Positions 14,261-29,117 of a DNA stretch of 64,000 bases are shown piece after piece. Below the pieces are notes generated by a model. The model saw only the letters and a program-made list of their open reading frames with translations. It did not search any database and was not told the origin of the DNA. The stretch covers positions 62,001-126,000 of the forward strand of contig NIVC01000052.1 of assembly GCA_002269645.1 (NCBI GenBank), given 5' to 3'. How positions within the stretch are numbered: the first letter of the stretch is position 1; each line of letters opens with the position of its first letter. The position numbers and the translations under genes are program-made. This DNA comes from Macrostomum lignano. Taxonomy: Eukaryota.

Positions 14261-14858
14261 AGTATTGTAACAGATTTACAGCTTACAGCATTTTGAACTC
14301 CAATGCTTGATGTCAGTCCAGCCGCAGATTATGGTCTGGAATCTTATTCAACCGGGCTTCTCCTTCAGAATTTTGTCCCTCTTCTGACTTCTAGTGCATA
14401 TTCCTGCCTATGATTGATGCTCCTTGGTAACTCCGCAAAAACCCCTGCAGTATCCAGCATTTGACCCGCACTCCACTCTCCCTCTTCCCCTCCTGCATCC
14501 CCAAGGAATTCATTCCCCCCTCCCTGATTTCCGGACCGAAATGCATTAGCATAAAATGATAACTCTGTGCGTCTCGGCGCTCCCAAATGATATGCTCTGC
14601 CAACCCGCTCGCACCTGAGCTACGCCTAGCTTTGCTTCAGCTGCATACAAATTTAAAGAATCATAGAAATTATATAATTGGCCCAGCAACAGATAAATAG
14701 TGGCCTGCTCGCACTGTCTTTAGCTAAACAGAGCCATTGCTTATTCAATAGGCGAAGCAAACCCGCTAGCACAGGAGTGTGTCCTGGCGTAAGGGAATTT
14801 TAATGCGTAGAGGGGGCGCATCTTTAAGGGAAAGGGTTTCATCTTAATTTACGGAGCA

Positions 14859-15797
14859 TACCATAAACTAGCTAGTATAGATACCATAAACTAGCTAGTA
14901 TAGACACCATAAACTAGCCAGTATTGATACCATAAACTAGCTAGTATAGACACCATAAACTAGCCAGTATTGATACCATAAACTAGCTAGTATTGATACC
15001 ATAAACGAGCTAGTATAGACACCATAAACTAGCTAGTATAGATACCATAAACTAGCTAGTATTGATACCATAAACGAGCTAGTATAGATACCATAAACTA
15101 GCTAGTATAGATACCATAAACTAGCTAGTATAGATACCATAAACTAGCTAGTATAGACACCATAAACTAGCCAGTATTGATACCATAAACTAGCTAGTAT
15201 TGATACCATAAACGAGCTAGTATAGATACCATAAACTAGCTAGTATAGATACCATAAACTAGCTAGTATAGATACCATAAACTAGCTAGTATAGACACCA
15301 TAAACTAGCTAGTATTGATACCATAAACTAGCTAGTATTGATACCATAAACGAGCGAGTATAGATACCATAAACTAGCTAGTATAGATACCATAAACTAG
15401 CTAGTATAGATACCATAAACTAGCTAGTATAGATACCATAAACTAGCTAGTATAGATACCATAAACTAGCTAGTATAGATACCATAAACTAGCTAGTATA
15501 GATACCATAAACTAGCTAGTATAGATACCATAAACTAGCTAGTATAGATATCATAAACTAGCTAGTATAGATACCATTAACTAGCTAGTATTGATACCAT
15601 AAACTAGTAGAGCTAGTATTGATACCATAAACTAGTAGAGCTAGTATAGATACCATAAACTAGCTAGTATAGATACCATAAACTAGCTAGTATAGACACC
15701 ATAAACTAGCTAGTATAGATACCATAAACTAGCTTTTATAGATACCATAAACTAGCTAGTATAGATATCATAAACTAGCTAGTATAGATATCATAAA
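14859..15797. repeat. 23-nt minisatellite ATACCATAAACTAGCTAGTATAG containing the palindrome ACTAGCTAGT
   Basis: Direct tandem units. Confidence 0.95.
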
Positions 15798-16404
15798 TTA
15801 CTTCATGCACTTTCTTAAGCGATCCCGTTCATTCTTGTTCAACTTCTTTCCCCTCCAAGTTCAGTCTTTTTGTTTGCTTTTTCACCAGCCTGTTTTCCCA
15901 GCACCGAGGACTCGGCATCAGCTCGCAGGAAGTCTCTGATGTGGCTGAGGCGTGCTCATCATTATTTTTTTCGCGGGATTCCGCCTGCAGCTGAGTCGCA
16001 TTATAAAAATACAAATTGAACCCCCCTGATCCCATCTCTTTCCCTTTCCTCAAAACCAAACCAACAGCTTGCCAGGGGTCATTTGAAGGTCAAATCCGAG
16101 GCTTATATAATCACCGTACATTGACATCATCTAATGTACATCGGATCCAGTGAATCTAACTAAGCTCAAGCATTAAAAAATGGATTTCCAGTCAAACTCT
16201 TACCATTCTCCGCCGCCTCTCAAGCAGGGTCAGGCGATGATGGGGGAAGCTGGAAGGCAAATAATATTTATTGCAGCATAATGCCGCACTGCTGCTCGGC
16301 TGAGCAGCTCCTGTTTGGCTGATGCCGGGGATTCGGGAAACAGGGAATGATGGGGAATTTGGGGAGTGTGAGAAGATTGCGGAGTTGGGGAACTTCGGGA
16401 GTCC

Positions 16405-16490
16405 TGTCTGTCTGTCTGTCTTAGTGTCTGTCTTAGTGTCTGTCGGTCTGTCTGTCTGTCTGTCTGTCTATGTGTCTGTCTGCCTGTCTG
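16405..16490. repeat. (CTGT)n with TTAGTGTC variants
   Basis: Reverse complement of the GACAGACACTAA family. Confidence 0.9.
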
Positions 16491-16802
16491 CAGCAGCAGT
16501 GCATTGGTCACAGCAAGCAGCCAGACAAAAGCAAATACGCAGAGAACAATGGGCGGGGGCCACCGCAGTGGGCACGCAGATCAGACAGAGGGCGTCATCA
16601 GTGGGGGTTAGCAAACCCGACTGGCTGGGGATCAATGGCAGGGATTAATTTCTCCCTCATCTCTATCTCCGTACCTCCATCGCGCTGTCCGGCTGAAGGT
16701 AGCGGCAGGCGCGCGAGGCTGGAGGCAGCTGGCCATTGCAGGCTCCGGGGTGACGGTTGAATTGATTGGAGCCGGCAAGCCCGGGAATCCGGTGTCAGGA
16801 AT

Positions 16803-16824
16803 ATGGGATGCGGCAAGCCCCAAA
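16803..16824 (+). CDS. Candidate alternative first coding exon of the SLC4A11-like gene (MGCGKPQ)
   Basis: aatATGG Kozak context; 22 nt ending AAA|GTGAGC in phase 1. Very short, so a chance match is possible. Confidence 0.3.
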
Positions 16825-17391
16825 GTGAGCAGTTGAGGATCAGAATCCCACAGCCGTCCCCTTAGCCCAGCCTGTATGCCATTATCCCCATCCGCTTCGC
16901 TCCGTTTCTCCCAGTTTTTCGAACCCCACCCCGCCCAGTCCCTCTTCGCCCCCCTCCAGCCGGTCTCCCTGTTCGTTATTTTCTCAAAATCGACTTTATT
17001 TTCCAGGGCGAGCTGGTCGGACTGGGGCGCCGCTTGCGCCTCTCTCTACGTCTGTCTTGTCTTCTTCCCCCTCTCTCCCTTCTCTCATTTTGCGAAGCCC
17101 TTGCCTCTAATCTGCGATGGTCTGAGGGCGGCACTCCAGACCGTCAATTCAGTTGGGTTTTTCAGCTATTATTGCTGAAAATGAGAGAGAGAGAGAGAGA
17201 TAGATACTGAGCAGCTTAGCATACAATATCGGTACAATATTACCCTAACATTTTCTTAGAGCACATTTTCAACTAATTGTATTGATAAAACTGCCTCTCG
17301 AGTGATGCTCAACTGCTGAGTGCATCGAGACAAAATGGGGATGTACTTTAGGAAGGGAGTTTAAGAGACTCGGTGAGCGATAAATAGCAGG

Positions 17392-18140
17392 AAAGAGTGA
17401 GGGAGGGTGAGAGAGTGAGGGAGGGTGAGAGAGTGAGTGAGGGTGAGAGAGTGAGTGAGGGTGAGAGAGTGAGGGAGGGTGAGAGAGTGAGGGAGGGTGA
17501 GAGAGTGAGTGAGGGTGAGAGAGTGAGTGAGGGTGAGAGAGTGAGTGAGGGTGAGAGAGTGAGTGAGGGTGAGAGAGTGAGTGAGGGTGAGAGAGTGAGG
17601 GAGGGTGAGAGAGTGAGGGAGGGTGCGAGAGTGAGGGAGGGTGCGAGAGTGAGGGAGGGTGAGAGAGTGAGGGTGGGTGAGAGAGTGAGGGTGGGAGAGT
17701 GAGGGAGGGTGAGAGAGTGAGGGAGGGTGAGAGAGTGAGGGTGGGAGAGTGAGGGAGGGTGAGAGAGTGAGTGAGAGGGTGAGAGAGTGAGTGAGAGGGT
17801 GAGAGAGTGAGGAGAGGGTGCGAGAGTGAGGGAGAGGGTGGGAGAGTGAGGGAGAGGGTGGGAGAGTGAGGGAGAGGGTGGGAGAGTGAGGGAGAGGGTG
17901 GGAGAGTGAGGGAGAGGGTGCGAGAGTGAGGGAGAGGGTGGGAGAGTGAGGGAGAGGGTGGGAGAGTGAGGGAGAGGGTGGGAGAGTGAGGGAGAGGGTG
18001 GGAGAGTGAGAGAGGGTGAGAGAGTGCGTGAGAGGGTGAGAGAGTGAGAGAGAGGGTGAGAGAGTGAGAGAGGGTGGGAGAGTGAGGGAGGGGGTGCGAG
18101 AGTGAGGGAGAGGGAGAGGGTGAGAGAGTGAGAGTGAGAT
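17392..18140. repeat. GA-rich 18-nt minisatellite GAGGGAGGGTGAGAGAGT
   Basis: Direct tandem units. Confidence 0.92.
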
Positions 18141-18467
18141 AGCTAGACAAATGGGAAATCACAAGAAGAGTGCAAATGGCCTTCCAAAATGAAAGGCGGA
18201 GATTCTGGAGAAGCCGTGGCAATTGCCAGAAATTCTTTGCCGGCAGCAGATTCCAGTCGATTTTTCTCATTTTCTATTTTTTGCCAGAAATATTTTTTGT
18301 GCGAGTGTGCAGGTTTCTCTGTGTGGCCGGGCTATGATAATAATTTATGTGTGAAATCGCTCGCTTTTTGAGGAATATTTTCTGAGAAATGTAATATTAT
18401 ATACAGTGTAATGTATAGAAAAACAGAGAATGCTAAGAACATTCAAATACACAACTGCTCCGTCGCC

Positions 18468-18850
18468 CACTCACTCATTCACCCACCGCTCATTCACCAC
18501 CCGCTCATTCACCCGCCCGCTCATTCACCCACTCGCTCATTCACCCAACCGCTCATTCACCCACCCGCTCATTCACCCAACCGCTCATTCACCCACCCGC
18601 TCATTCACCCACCCGCTCATTCATCCACCCGCTCATTCACCCGCCCGCTCATTCACCCACTCGCTCATTCACCCAACCGCTCATTCACCCACCGCTCATT
18701 CACCAACCGCTCATTCACCCACCCGCTCATTCACCCACCCGCTCATTCACCCGCTCATTCCCGCTCATTCACCCACCCGTCATTCACCCACCCGCTCATT
18801 CACCCACCAGCTCATTCACCACACTGCTCTTCACCCCACTGCTTGTTCAC
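18468..18850. repeat. About 16-nt minisatellite CACCCACCCGCTCATT
   Basis: Direct tandem units. Confidence 0.92.
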
Positions 18851-19130
18851 CCACGTCACTGCTCTCGCATAGGCATTATCGATTTATCCGGAGACGCGCA
18901 ACGCTGTGCGCTGGTGCTGCTGCTGCTGCTCTCAATATTTCTTCCCAGCCTCGCCCAGATTGCAGCAATTCGGGCCGCACTAAAAGTACAAATATCGTTT
19001 TTTGAGGCGGCCAGGCCAATTGGGGTTAGGAGGCTGACTGGGAATCGCTCCCAGAGGAGAATTTCAAGTGATGCGCTGGCCTCCTCTAATGCACAGCCAA
19101 TGTACTACTCCTTTGTCTTGCAGATCCCAT

Positions 19131-19175
<45 letters not shown>

Positions 19176-19569
19176 CTCAGTCTTCCTTATTTTTCTGAGC
19201 AGGCCCCTAAGGTTTTTTGGCTTAGCAGAAAGAAACAAAAGAAATAAAAAAGAAGAATGAGATTAGTTAGATCTACAATCCAGGCTAAGCCATTGAAAGC
19301 GGGTGGCTTTCTGCCAAACACATCTTGGCAAGCTGCCTGCAGTAGGAAGTCTTTCAAGCACTGCCTGCAAATTTGTGTTTACCGGGGGTGCGGGGCCATA
19401 GTTAGCGGCTTCTCTCAAGCCATCGCTAGTTGTGGAAATGCATTTTCAAGAGGTCGACGAGGTCACACGAGTTCCATGCATGTGATATAACTGAACCCAA
19501 GTTGGTATTCTGTGACTGATACGTGATGTAAATTAGAATCAGTAATTTAGGAGTAGTTAATGTAAATTA

Positions 19570-20850
19570 GGAGAGTAGGAAAGGAGAAAAAGAGAGGAGG
19601 AGAAGAGGAGAGGAGAGGAGGGGAGGAGAGAAGGAGGGGAGGAGAGGAGGGGAGAAGAGGAAGAGAGGAAAGGAGGAGAGGATAAGAGGGCGGAGGAGAG
19701 GAGGAGGGGAGGAGAGGAGAGAAGGAGAGGAGGAGGGGAGAGGAGGAGAGGAGGAGAGGAAGAGGGGAGAGGAGAGGAGGAGGGGAGAGGAGGAGAGGAA
19801 GAGGGGAGAGGAGGAAATGAGGAGAGGAGGAGGGGAGGAGAGGAGAGAGGAGAGGGAGGAGAGAGGAGAGGGAGGAGAGAGGAGAGGGAGGAGAGAGGAG
19901 AGGGAGGAGAGGAGAGAGGAGAGAGGAGAGAAGGAGGGGAGGAGAGGAGGGGAAAAGAGGAAGAGAGGAAAGGAGGAGAGGATAAGAGGGGGGAGGAGAG
20001 GAGGAGGGGAGAGAGAGGAGGAGAGGAGGAGGGGAGAGGAGGAGAGGAGGAGAAGAGGAGGGGAGAGGAGGAGGAGGAGGAGGGGAGAGGAGGAGAGGAA
20101 GAGGGGAGAGGAGGAAATGAGGAGAGGAGGAGAGGAGGAGAGAAGAGAGAGAGGAGAGGGAGGAGAGAGGAGAGGGAGGAGAGAGAGGAGAGGGAGAGAG
20201 GAAGAGAGGAGAGGGAAGAGAGAGGAGAGGGAGGAGAGGAGAGAGGGAGGAGAGAGGGAGGAGAGAGGAGAGGGAGGAGAGAGGAGAGGAGGAGGGAGAG
20301 GAGGAGAGGAGGAGGGGAGAGGAGGAGAGGAGGAGGGAGAGGAGGAGATGAGGAGAGGAGGAGAGGAGGAGAGGAGGAGAGGAGAGAGGAGGAGAGGAGA
20401 GAGGAGAGGAGGAGAGAGGAGAGGAGAGAGGAGAGGGAAGAGAGAGGAGAGGGAGGAGAGGAGAGAGGGAGGAGAGAGGAGAGGAGGAGAGAGGAGAGGG
20501 AGGAGAGGAGAGAGGAGAGAGGAGAGAGAGGAGAGAGGAGAGGAGGAGAGGAGAGAGGAGAGGGAGGAGAGGAGAGAGGAGAGAGGGGAGAGAGGAGAGA
20601 GGAGAGGGAGGAGAGGAGAGAGGAGAGAGGGAGAGAGGAGAGAGGAGAGGGAGGAGAGGAGAGAGGAGAGGGAGGGAGGAGAGAGGAGAGGGAGGAGAGG
20701 AGAGAGGAGAGGGAGGAGAGGAGAGAGGAGAGAGGGAGAGAGGAGAGAGGAGAGGGAGGAGAGGAGAGAGGAGAGAGGGGAGAGAGGAGAGAGGAGAGGG
20801 AGGAGAGAGGAGAGGGAGGAGAGGAGAGAGGAGAGAGGCGAGGAGGCGAT
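19570..20850. repeat. Polypurine (GAGAG/GAGGA) low-complexity tract
   Basis: About 1.3 kb almost exclusively G and A. Confidence 0.95.
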
Positions 20851-21374
20851 GGAGGAAAGCGAAGATGTTGAGAAGACCAAGAAAATTAAAATCGAAATCA
20901 ATGCATGAGCGGAGCGGGAGAGAATGGATCGCGGGCCAGCAAATTCCAGGAAAGCGGAAAGCAGTGCCCGGAAGATGAATTGAGCCGATATAAGGAGAGG
21001 AGAATAAATTATAAGTGACAAGAGCGCGAAGACTTCTCCCCAGCCAATTCCTGGAGTGCCATGTTTCCCGTTCCCGTTAAAGACTTCCCTTCCTTGCTCC
21101 GGACAGTCGCAGGGGGGGGGTTCGGGGAAGGAATTCCCAATTAGCTTTGGCCGGGGCCTCCGGACAGCCAATTTGTTGGTATCCCCGTGGCCGCGCGAAT
21201 TCGCAGACAAAAAAGTGCTTTTAGTAGCAGCAAAGTGACTCGAACTTGGTTTGGCGACACAACTCCCTCTATGCTTCTACGAGAGTATAAACACGCAAAT
21301 GTTATGAGTACACACTGCTGCGAAGTGCGTGCAGTGCGACCAGACACTGCCTGAGTCTCCGTCCAATCAGCTCA

Positions 21375-21910
21375 TCCTCTCTGATCTCTGTGTGTCCCTC
21401 CTCTGACCCTCTCCCCCTCTCTGATCTCTCTGCGTCCCTCCTCTGACCCTCTCCCCCTCTCTGATCTCTCTGCGTCCCTCCTCTGACCCTCTCCCCCTCT
21501 CTGATCTCTCTGCGTCCCTCCTCTGACCCTCTCCCCCTCTCTGATCTCTCTGCGTCCCTCCTCTGACCCTCTCCCCCTCTCTGATCGCTCTGCGTCCCTC
21601 CTCTGAATCTCTCCCCCTCTCTGATCTGTCTGCGTCCCTCCTCTGACCCTCTCCCCCTCTCTGATCTCTCTGCGTCCCTCCTCTGACCCTCTCCCCCTCT
21701 CTGATCTCTCTGCGTCCCTCCTCTGACCCTCTCCCCCTCTCTGATCTCTCTGCGTCCCTCCTCTGACCCTCTCCCCTCTCTGATCTCTCTGCGTCCCTCC
21801 TCTGACCCTCTCCCCCTCTCTGATCTCTCTGCGTCCCTCCTCTGACCCTCTCCCCCTCTCTGATCTCTCTGCGTCCCTCCTCTGACCCTCTCCCCCTCTC
21901 TGATCTCTCT
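21375..21910. repeat. 40-nt minisatellite CTGATCTCTCTGCGTCCCTCCTCTGACCCTCTCCCCCTCT
   Basis: Period-40 tandem. Confidence 0.95.
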
Positions 21911-22064
21911 TATCTGTCTGCAGTGAAACTTACATCTAGCACTGTAACAGTTATTCGTTCTGAAGTAATTAAGGAAAAGCTGGAATTTTAGCATGCAACT
22001 ACTAATAAGTAGCGAGATAAGCAAATCGCAATAATTATTTTTTTCTACGATGAAAACATTTCAG

Positions 22065-22403
22065 ATGACCTGGCACCAGCTGATCAGAGCTTGTTCAACA
22101 ATGGCCAACCGTCTGCCCAGCCTCCGTCATCCGAGCTGGACTCCGCCTGCCTGCTCATGGAGCTGCCAGCTGGCCAGCACCAGCAGCAGCAGCAGCCGCC
22201 GCCGCCGCCGCAGGCGGTGCCGCAGTCCGCCTACCTGACTCTGCCGGACCATCGGCTGCCGAGGTCGCGGTCGCCTTCGAGCCGGGGTCGGCAGCATCAA
22301 AGGCGGGGCTCCGGCAGCAGCGCCGCGTCTGTTGACCGCGACAACCTCAGCATAATGAGCGGCGGCAGTCTCGCCATGTTCTACAGGAACGCCGACGGCA
22401 CCG
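22065..22403 (+). CDS. Internal N-terminal exon of the SLC4A11-like gene (Q/P/S-rich, ...VDRDNLSIMSGGSLAMFYRNADGT)
   Basis: Acceptor tttcag| at 22064 and donor CCG|GTGAGC at 22404. It is 339 nt, phase 1 to phase 1, with GC-rich coding-like sequence and the CAG/CCG runs seen in the other exons. Confidence 0.75.
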
Positions 22404-22408
22404 GTGAG

Positions 22409-23895
22409 CTGACACTAGGACTGACACTAGGACTGACATTAGGGACTGACACTAGGACTGACACTAGGACTGACACTAGGACTGACACTAGGACTGACAC
22501 TAGGACTGACACTAGGACTGACATTAGGACTGGCACTAGGACTGACACTAGGACTGACACTAGGACTGGCACTAGGACTGACACTAGGACTGGCACTAGG
22601 ACTGACACTAGGACTGACACTAGGACTGATACTAGGACTGACACTAGAACTGACACTAGGACTGACACTAGGACTGACACTAGGACTGACATTAGGACTG
22701 GCACTAGGACTGACACTAGGACTGGCACTAGGACTGACACTAGGACTGGCACTAGGACTGACACTAGGACTGACACTAGGACTGACACTAGGACTGACAC
22801 TAGAACTGACACTAGGACTGACACTAGGACTGACACTAGGACTGACATTAGGACTGGCACTAGGACTGACACTAGAACTGACACTAGGACTGACACTAGG
22901 ACTGACACTAGGACTGGCACTAGGACTGACACTAGGACTGACACTAGGACTGACACTAGGACTGACACTAGAACTGACACTAGGACTGACACTAGGACTG
23001 ACACTAGGACTGACATTAGGACTGGCACTAGGACTGACACTAGGACTGACACTAGGACTGACACTAGGACTGACATTAGGACTGGCACTAGGACTGACAC
23101 TAGGACTGACACTAGGACTGACACTAGGACTGACATTAGGACTGACACTAGGACTGACACTAGGACTGACACTAGGACTGACACTAGAACTGACACTAGG
23201 ACTGACACTAGGACTGACACTAGGACTGACACTAGGACTGACATTAGGACTGGCACTAGGACTGGCACTAGGACTGACACTAGGACTGACACTAGGACTG
23301 ACACTAGGACTGACATTAGGACTGACACTAGGACTGACACTAGGACTGACACTAGGACTGACACTAGAACTGACACTAGGACTGACACTAGGACTGACAC
23401 TAGGACTGACACTAGGACTGACATTAGGACTGGCACTAGGACTGGCACTAGGACTGACACTAGGACTGACACTAGGACTGACATTAGGACTGACACTAGG
23501 ACTGACACTAGGACTGACATTAGGACTGACACTAGGACTGACACTAGGACTGACACTAGGACTGACACTAGGACTGACACTAGGACTGACATTAGGACTG
23601 ACACTAGGACTGACACTAGGACTGACATTAGGACTGGCACTAGGACTGGCACTAGGACTGACACTAGGACTGACACTAGGACTGATACTAGGACTGGCAC
23701 TAGGACTGACACTAGGACTGACACTAGGACTGACATTAGGACTGACACTAGGACTGACACTAGGACTGACATTAGGACTGGCACTAGGACTGACACTAGG
23801 ACTGACACTAGGACTGACACTAGGACTGACACTAGGACTGACATTAGGACTGGCACTAGGACTGACACTAGGACTGACACTAGGACTGACACTAC
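22409..23895. repeat. 12-nt minisatellite GACACTAGGACT
   Basis: Starts about 6 nt after the 22404 donor; explains the TRTD and SVLV ORFs. Confidence 0.97.
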
Positions 23896-24419
23896 TAAGG
23901 CACTGAGACCATCAAACAAACAGGCAGACCGACAATGTTCGAGGCACAGATTGACAAAAAATGTCAAAGGACAGCGTGAAACTCGTGAAGTCCTGTACAA
24001 ACTCTTGCACCATGGTATATTAGTCAATGTCAGTCATAAATCAGAGCATTCCTAGAAATTTGTAGACTTCTAATGAAAGGCGAAAAATTTACGGATCATA
24101 AATTAACGAAATTAAAGCGACTTCAACCGCAGTGCGGCAGTGAGAAGCTGATTTGTATATTCAGCATTCAGCAGGGCATTAAAATTCACCCGCACTGGCA
24201 TGCAGGGAGCTGCTCACCACCCAGTTGAATCACAACTCAGCTGCCGGGCGGCCGTTTCGCTCCCGACCTCAATAATTCCCTGAATGCACCAGTAGACCAG
24301 TTGCCATCGCGCCCGCTAATCTAATCTGCTAAAGTGCGCCTTTGGTATCGAAAAATAAAAATCGCTTGTGGAGCCACTAGATGCTGCTTTGCACTCTTCT
24401 CCCTGTTGGAGAGACAGGG

Positions 24420-25795
<1,376 letters not shown>

Positions 25796-26369
25796 TTCCT
25801 CCGTGTTCCGAGATTCTTTCCTCCATGTTCCGCACCCGTGACTGGCAGTGGGGCTGATGCGCACTGAGGGCCATAGACAAATGCAGTTCAGGGAGTGGCA
25901 GCAATAAAGCAAAAAATTTCCCAGCTATTTGCGCTCGCTGTTTATAAAAAATCGTGGCTGCATTCAGTTCAGACAATTCTTCTTGTCCAGAAACTGGCCC
26001 GCGCGGGCTGTTGCCGAGAAAACTGCAACACCATTAATCAAGAGAGAAAAGGTTGCTCCACCCAGTGACTGCCACGGGATCCTTGGGTTTGCACTCTTGC
26101 ACTGGCCCCTCCTGCCGGATGCACTGCTCACAGATTGGGTGGGGGCGCGCTTGTTTGAGATGCAATAAAGCCGGAGGGCCACTGCAAACAGCTGAGCCCC
26201 GATTTGATGAACTGGGGGGGCGGGCGGCCCATTTGGTTTGCTGACGGAGGTGGCTAGGGAAAGTAACGAAGAAGCAAGGACGGGATAGAAACTGAGCCCA
26301 TCTCTGAAGGATTGGGGGCTTAAGCCCGAGTGAACATAGATAACCTACGCGGAAGAATATGGGCAATAC

Positions 26370-27316
26370 GATCCCAGATCCCAAGATCCCAGATCCCAGA
26401 TCCCAGATCCCAGATCCCAAGATCCCAAGATCCCAAGATCCCAGATCCCAAGATCCCAGATCCCAGATCCCAAGATCCCAAGATCCCAAGATCCCAGATC
26501 CCAAGATCCCAGATCCCAGATCCCAAGATCCCAGATCCCAAGATCCCAGATCCCAAGATCCCAGATCCCAAGATCCCAAGATCCCAAGATCCCAAGATCC
26601 CAGATCCCAAGATCCCAGATCTCAGATCCCAAGATCCCAGATCCCAAGATCCCATGGGCAATATGGGCAATACGATCCCAGATCCCAAGATCCCAGATCC
26701 CAGATCCCAGATCCCAGATCCCAAGATCCCAAGATCCCAAGATCCCAGATCCCAAGATCCCAGATCCCAGATCCCAAGATCCCAGATCCCAAGATCCCAG
26801 ATCCCAAGATCCCAGATCCCAGATCCCAAGATCCCAGATCCCAAGATCCCAGATCCCAGATCCCAAGATCCCAGATCCCAGATCCCAAGATCCCAGATCT
26901 CAGATCCCAAGATCCCAGATCCCAAGATCCCAGATCCCAAGATCCCAGATCCCAAGATCCTAGATCCCAAGATCCCAGAATCCAAGATCCCAGATCCCAA
27001 GATCCCAGATCCCAAGATCCCAGATCCCAAGATCCCAAGATCCCAAGATCCCAAGATCCCAGATCCCAAGATCCCAGATCCCAAGATCCCAGATCCCAAG
27101 ATCCCAAGATCCCAAGATCCCAAGATCCCAAGATCCCAGATCCCAGATCCCAGATCCCAAGATCCAGATCCCAAGATCCAGATCCCAAGATCTCAGATCC
27201 CAAGATCCCAGATCCAAAGATTCCAAGATCCCAGATCCTAAGATCCCAGATCCCAATATCCCAAAATGCCAAGATCCCAGATCGCAAGATCCCAGATCCC
27301 AAGATCCCAGATCCCA
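26370..27316. repeat. 7/8-nt microsatellite GATCCCA/GATCCCAA
   Basis: Direct tandem units. Confidence 0.95.
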
Positions 27317-28189
27317 CGCACCTGCATATCGTATTGTAAATTTGGCTGCATCATAAAACACAGAAAATGGGCAGAAAGCAACAAGCACGCAGTAGTTACT
27401 GTCATCGATTCTCGCTCTAATTACTTTTTCTGCCCGCAAAGACTGCAAAGCCGAAGGTTTTAACTTTATGACCGTGTCTGGGGAACACTGAGAGACACTG
27501 GGCAGGAGAAGTCCTGTCTGCCCTTCTGTCTGTTGCAACTGTTGCCAGGGAGGCAGCTGGGCGCAGAGGAAATTGCATCTACCGGGGGGAGCTGAAGCGA
27601 GCTGGGGGAAATTGTCTATGGCTGCTGGGGCGGCCCCCAATAACCGATTAGAGAACCCAATCTAAAATTGGATAACCCCAAAGTGGGAACCTTCGGACTT
27701 CTTCATTATTGGAGTGGAAAAAGAGAACAGAAGATGAGAGATGAGAGAGAAGGGGCGGGGGGAGATGGCGGACCCCAGAGACCCGCCAATCTCAATCTCA
27801 TTTTCATTTTTTGTGCTTTCTTCCCCCAACACCGCCGCCTCTGTCTCCCATTCTCCCATTCTTCATCTCTCTCCCCCGCCCCATATCTGCAGCTGACTGC
27901 CCATCACTTCATCTCTTGGACGAAGAACTTTTTGGCTGGGAGGGGCCCAGATCTCAACTTTACCATCGCTTTTGCACTTTTCTCTTGGCTAACTTTTCTT
28001 TTAAGTACATGCAAGCATTTGAAGATTAATTATTGTCTTTCAATAAAACAATGGAACAATGGAAACTGACAAGTAGGGGGCTGCAGGTTGAGAGTCAAAT
28101 AATCTGTTGGAGAGAGCCGAGCAGGGATTGCTGAGATCCTCTGCGCCAGAGGACAACAAATAGTCTGAGAGTCAGGCAAGAAGGATAAG

Positions 28190-28640
28190 TCAGACAGGAG
28201 ACAAGGTGAGAGTCAGAGACCGGAGACAAGGTGAGAGTCAGAGACCGGAGACAAGGTGAGAGTCGGAGACAGGAGACAAGGTGAGAGTCAGAGACAGGAG
28301 ACAAGGTGAGAGTCAGAGACAGGAGACAAGGTGAGAGTCAGAGACAGGAGACAAGGTGAGAGTCAGAGACCGGAGACAAGGTGAGAGTCAGAGACAGGAG
28401 ACAAGGTGAGAGTCAGAGACAGGAGACAAGGTGAGAGTCAGAGATAGGAGACAAGGTGAGAGTCAGAGACCGGAGACAAGGTGAGAGTCAGAGACAGGAG
28501 ACAAGGTGAGAGTCAGAGACATGAGACAAGGTGAGAGTCAGAGATAGGAGACAAGGTGAGAGTCAGAGACGGGAGACAAGGTGAGAGTCAGACGGGAGAC
28601 AAGGTGAGTGTCAGAGACAGGAGACAATTTGAGAGTCAGA
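28190..28640. repeat. 25-nt minisatellite GACAAGGTGAGAGTCAGAGACAGGA
   Basis: Period-25 tandem, about 18 copies. Confidence 0.95.
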
Positions 28641-29117
28641 GAGGGCCCAAGCAAAAATGCGTGCGAACGGCAGCGTGTCACATGATGAGGCAGAGAGAGG
28701 CTGAGCCACAGACAAACACGCCGCTGGCCCAGCATTGGGATTTGTAGCAGAAGAGGATTCAGACCTGAGATATGCTAAAGAAATCAATGACTCTCAGGCG
28801 ATCCCCCAAACTATTAGAGTGCAACGGGAAGTTCTTTTATTTTATCCCCTTCCCTTTTCCTTCAGCTTCAGTCTTCATTTCGAATTCAAATTCTTGAGCA
28901 CAGGAAGTCTCGGGGCTGCGAGACGGGGATGGAGTAGGTGGAAAGGGGAAGGAAGCCCGTTCCTGATTGGCGGCTGCAGAGGCTTCATCCTCAGCCTCTC
29001 GGCCCCACTATAATTGTAATTGCCCGCTGCGCACCCCTTGGGGGCTCGCGGTCGTTGCTCTCGGGTAATTTTCTGGAAAATTCCCCTGCTTTGCGAAGCT
29101 GCTTTTTCTGTTGCATC

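Noticed and set aside
22091-24055. 654-aa ORF with about 120 TRTD repeats (and the antisense SVLV ORF)
   Set aside because: The real exon ends at a consensus donor (22404). The rest is a 12-nt intronic array that simply lacks stops in that frame. Only intron-retention evidence would revive it.
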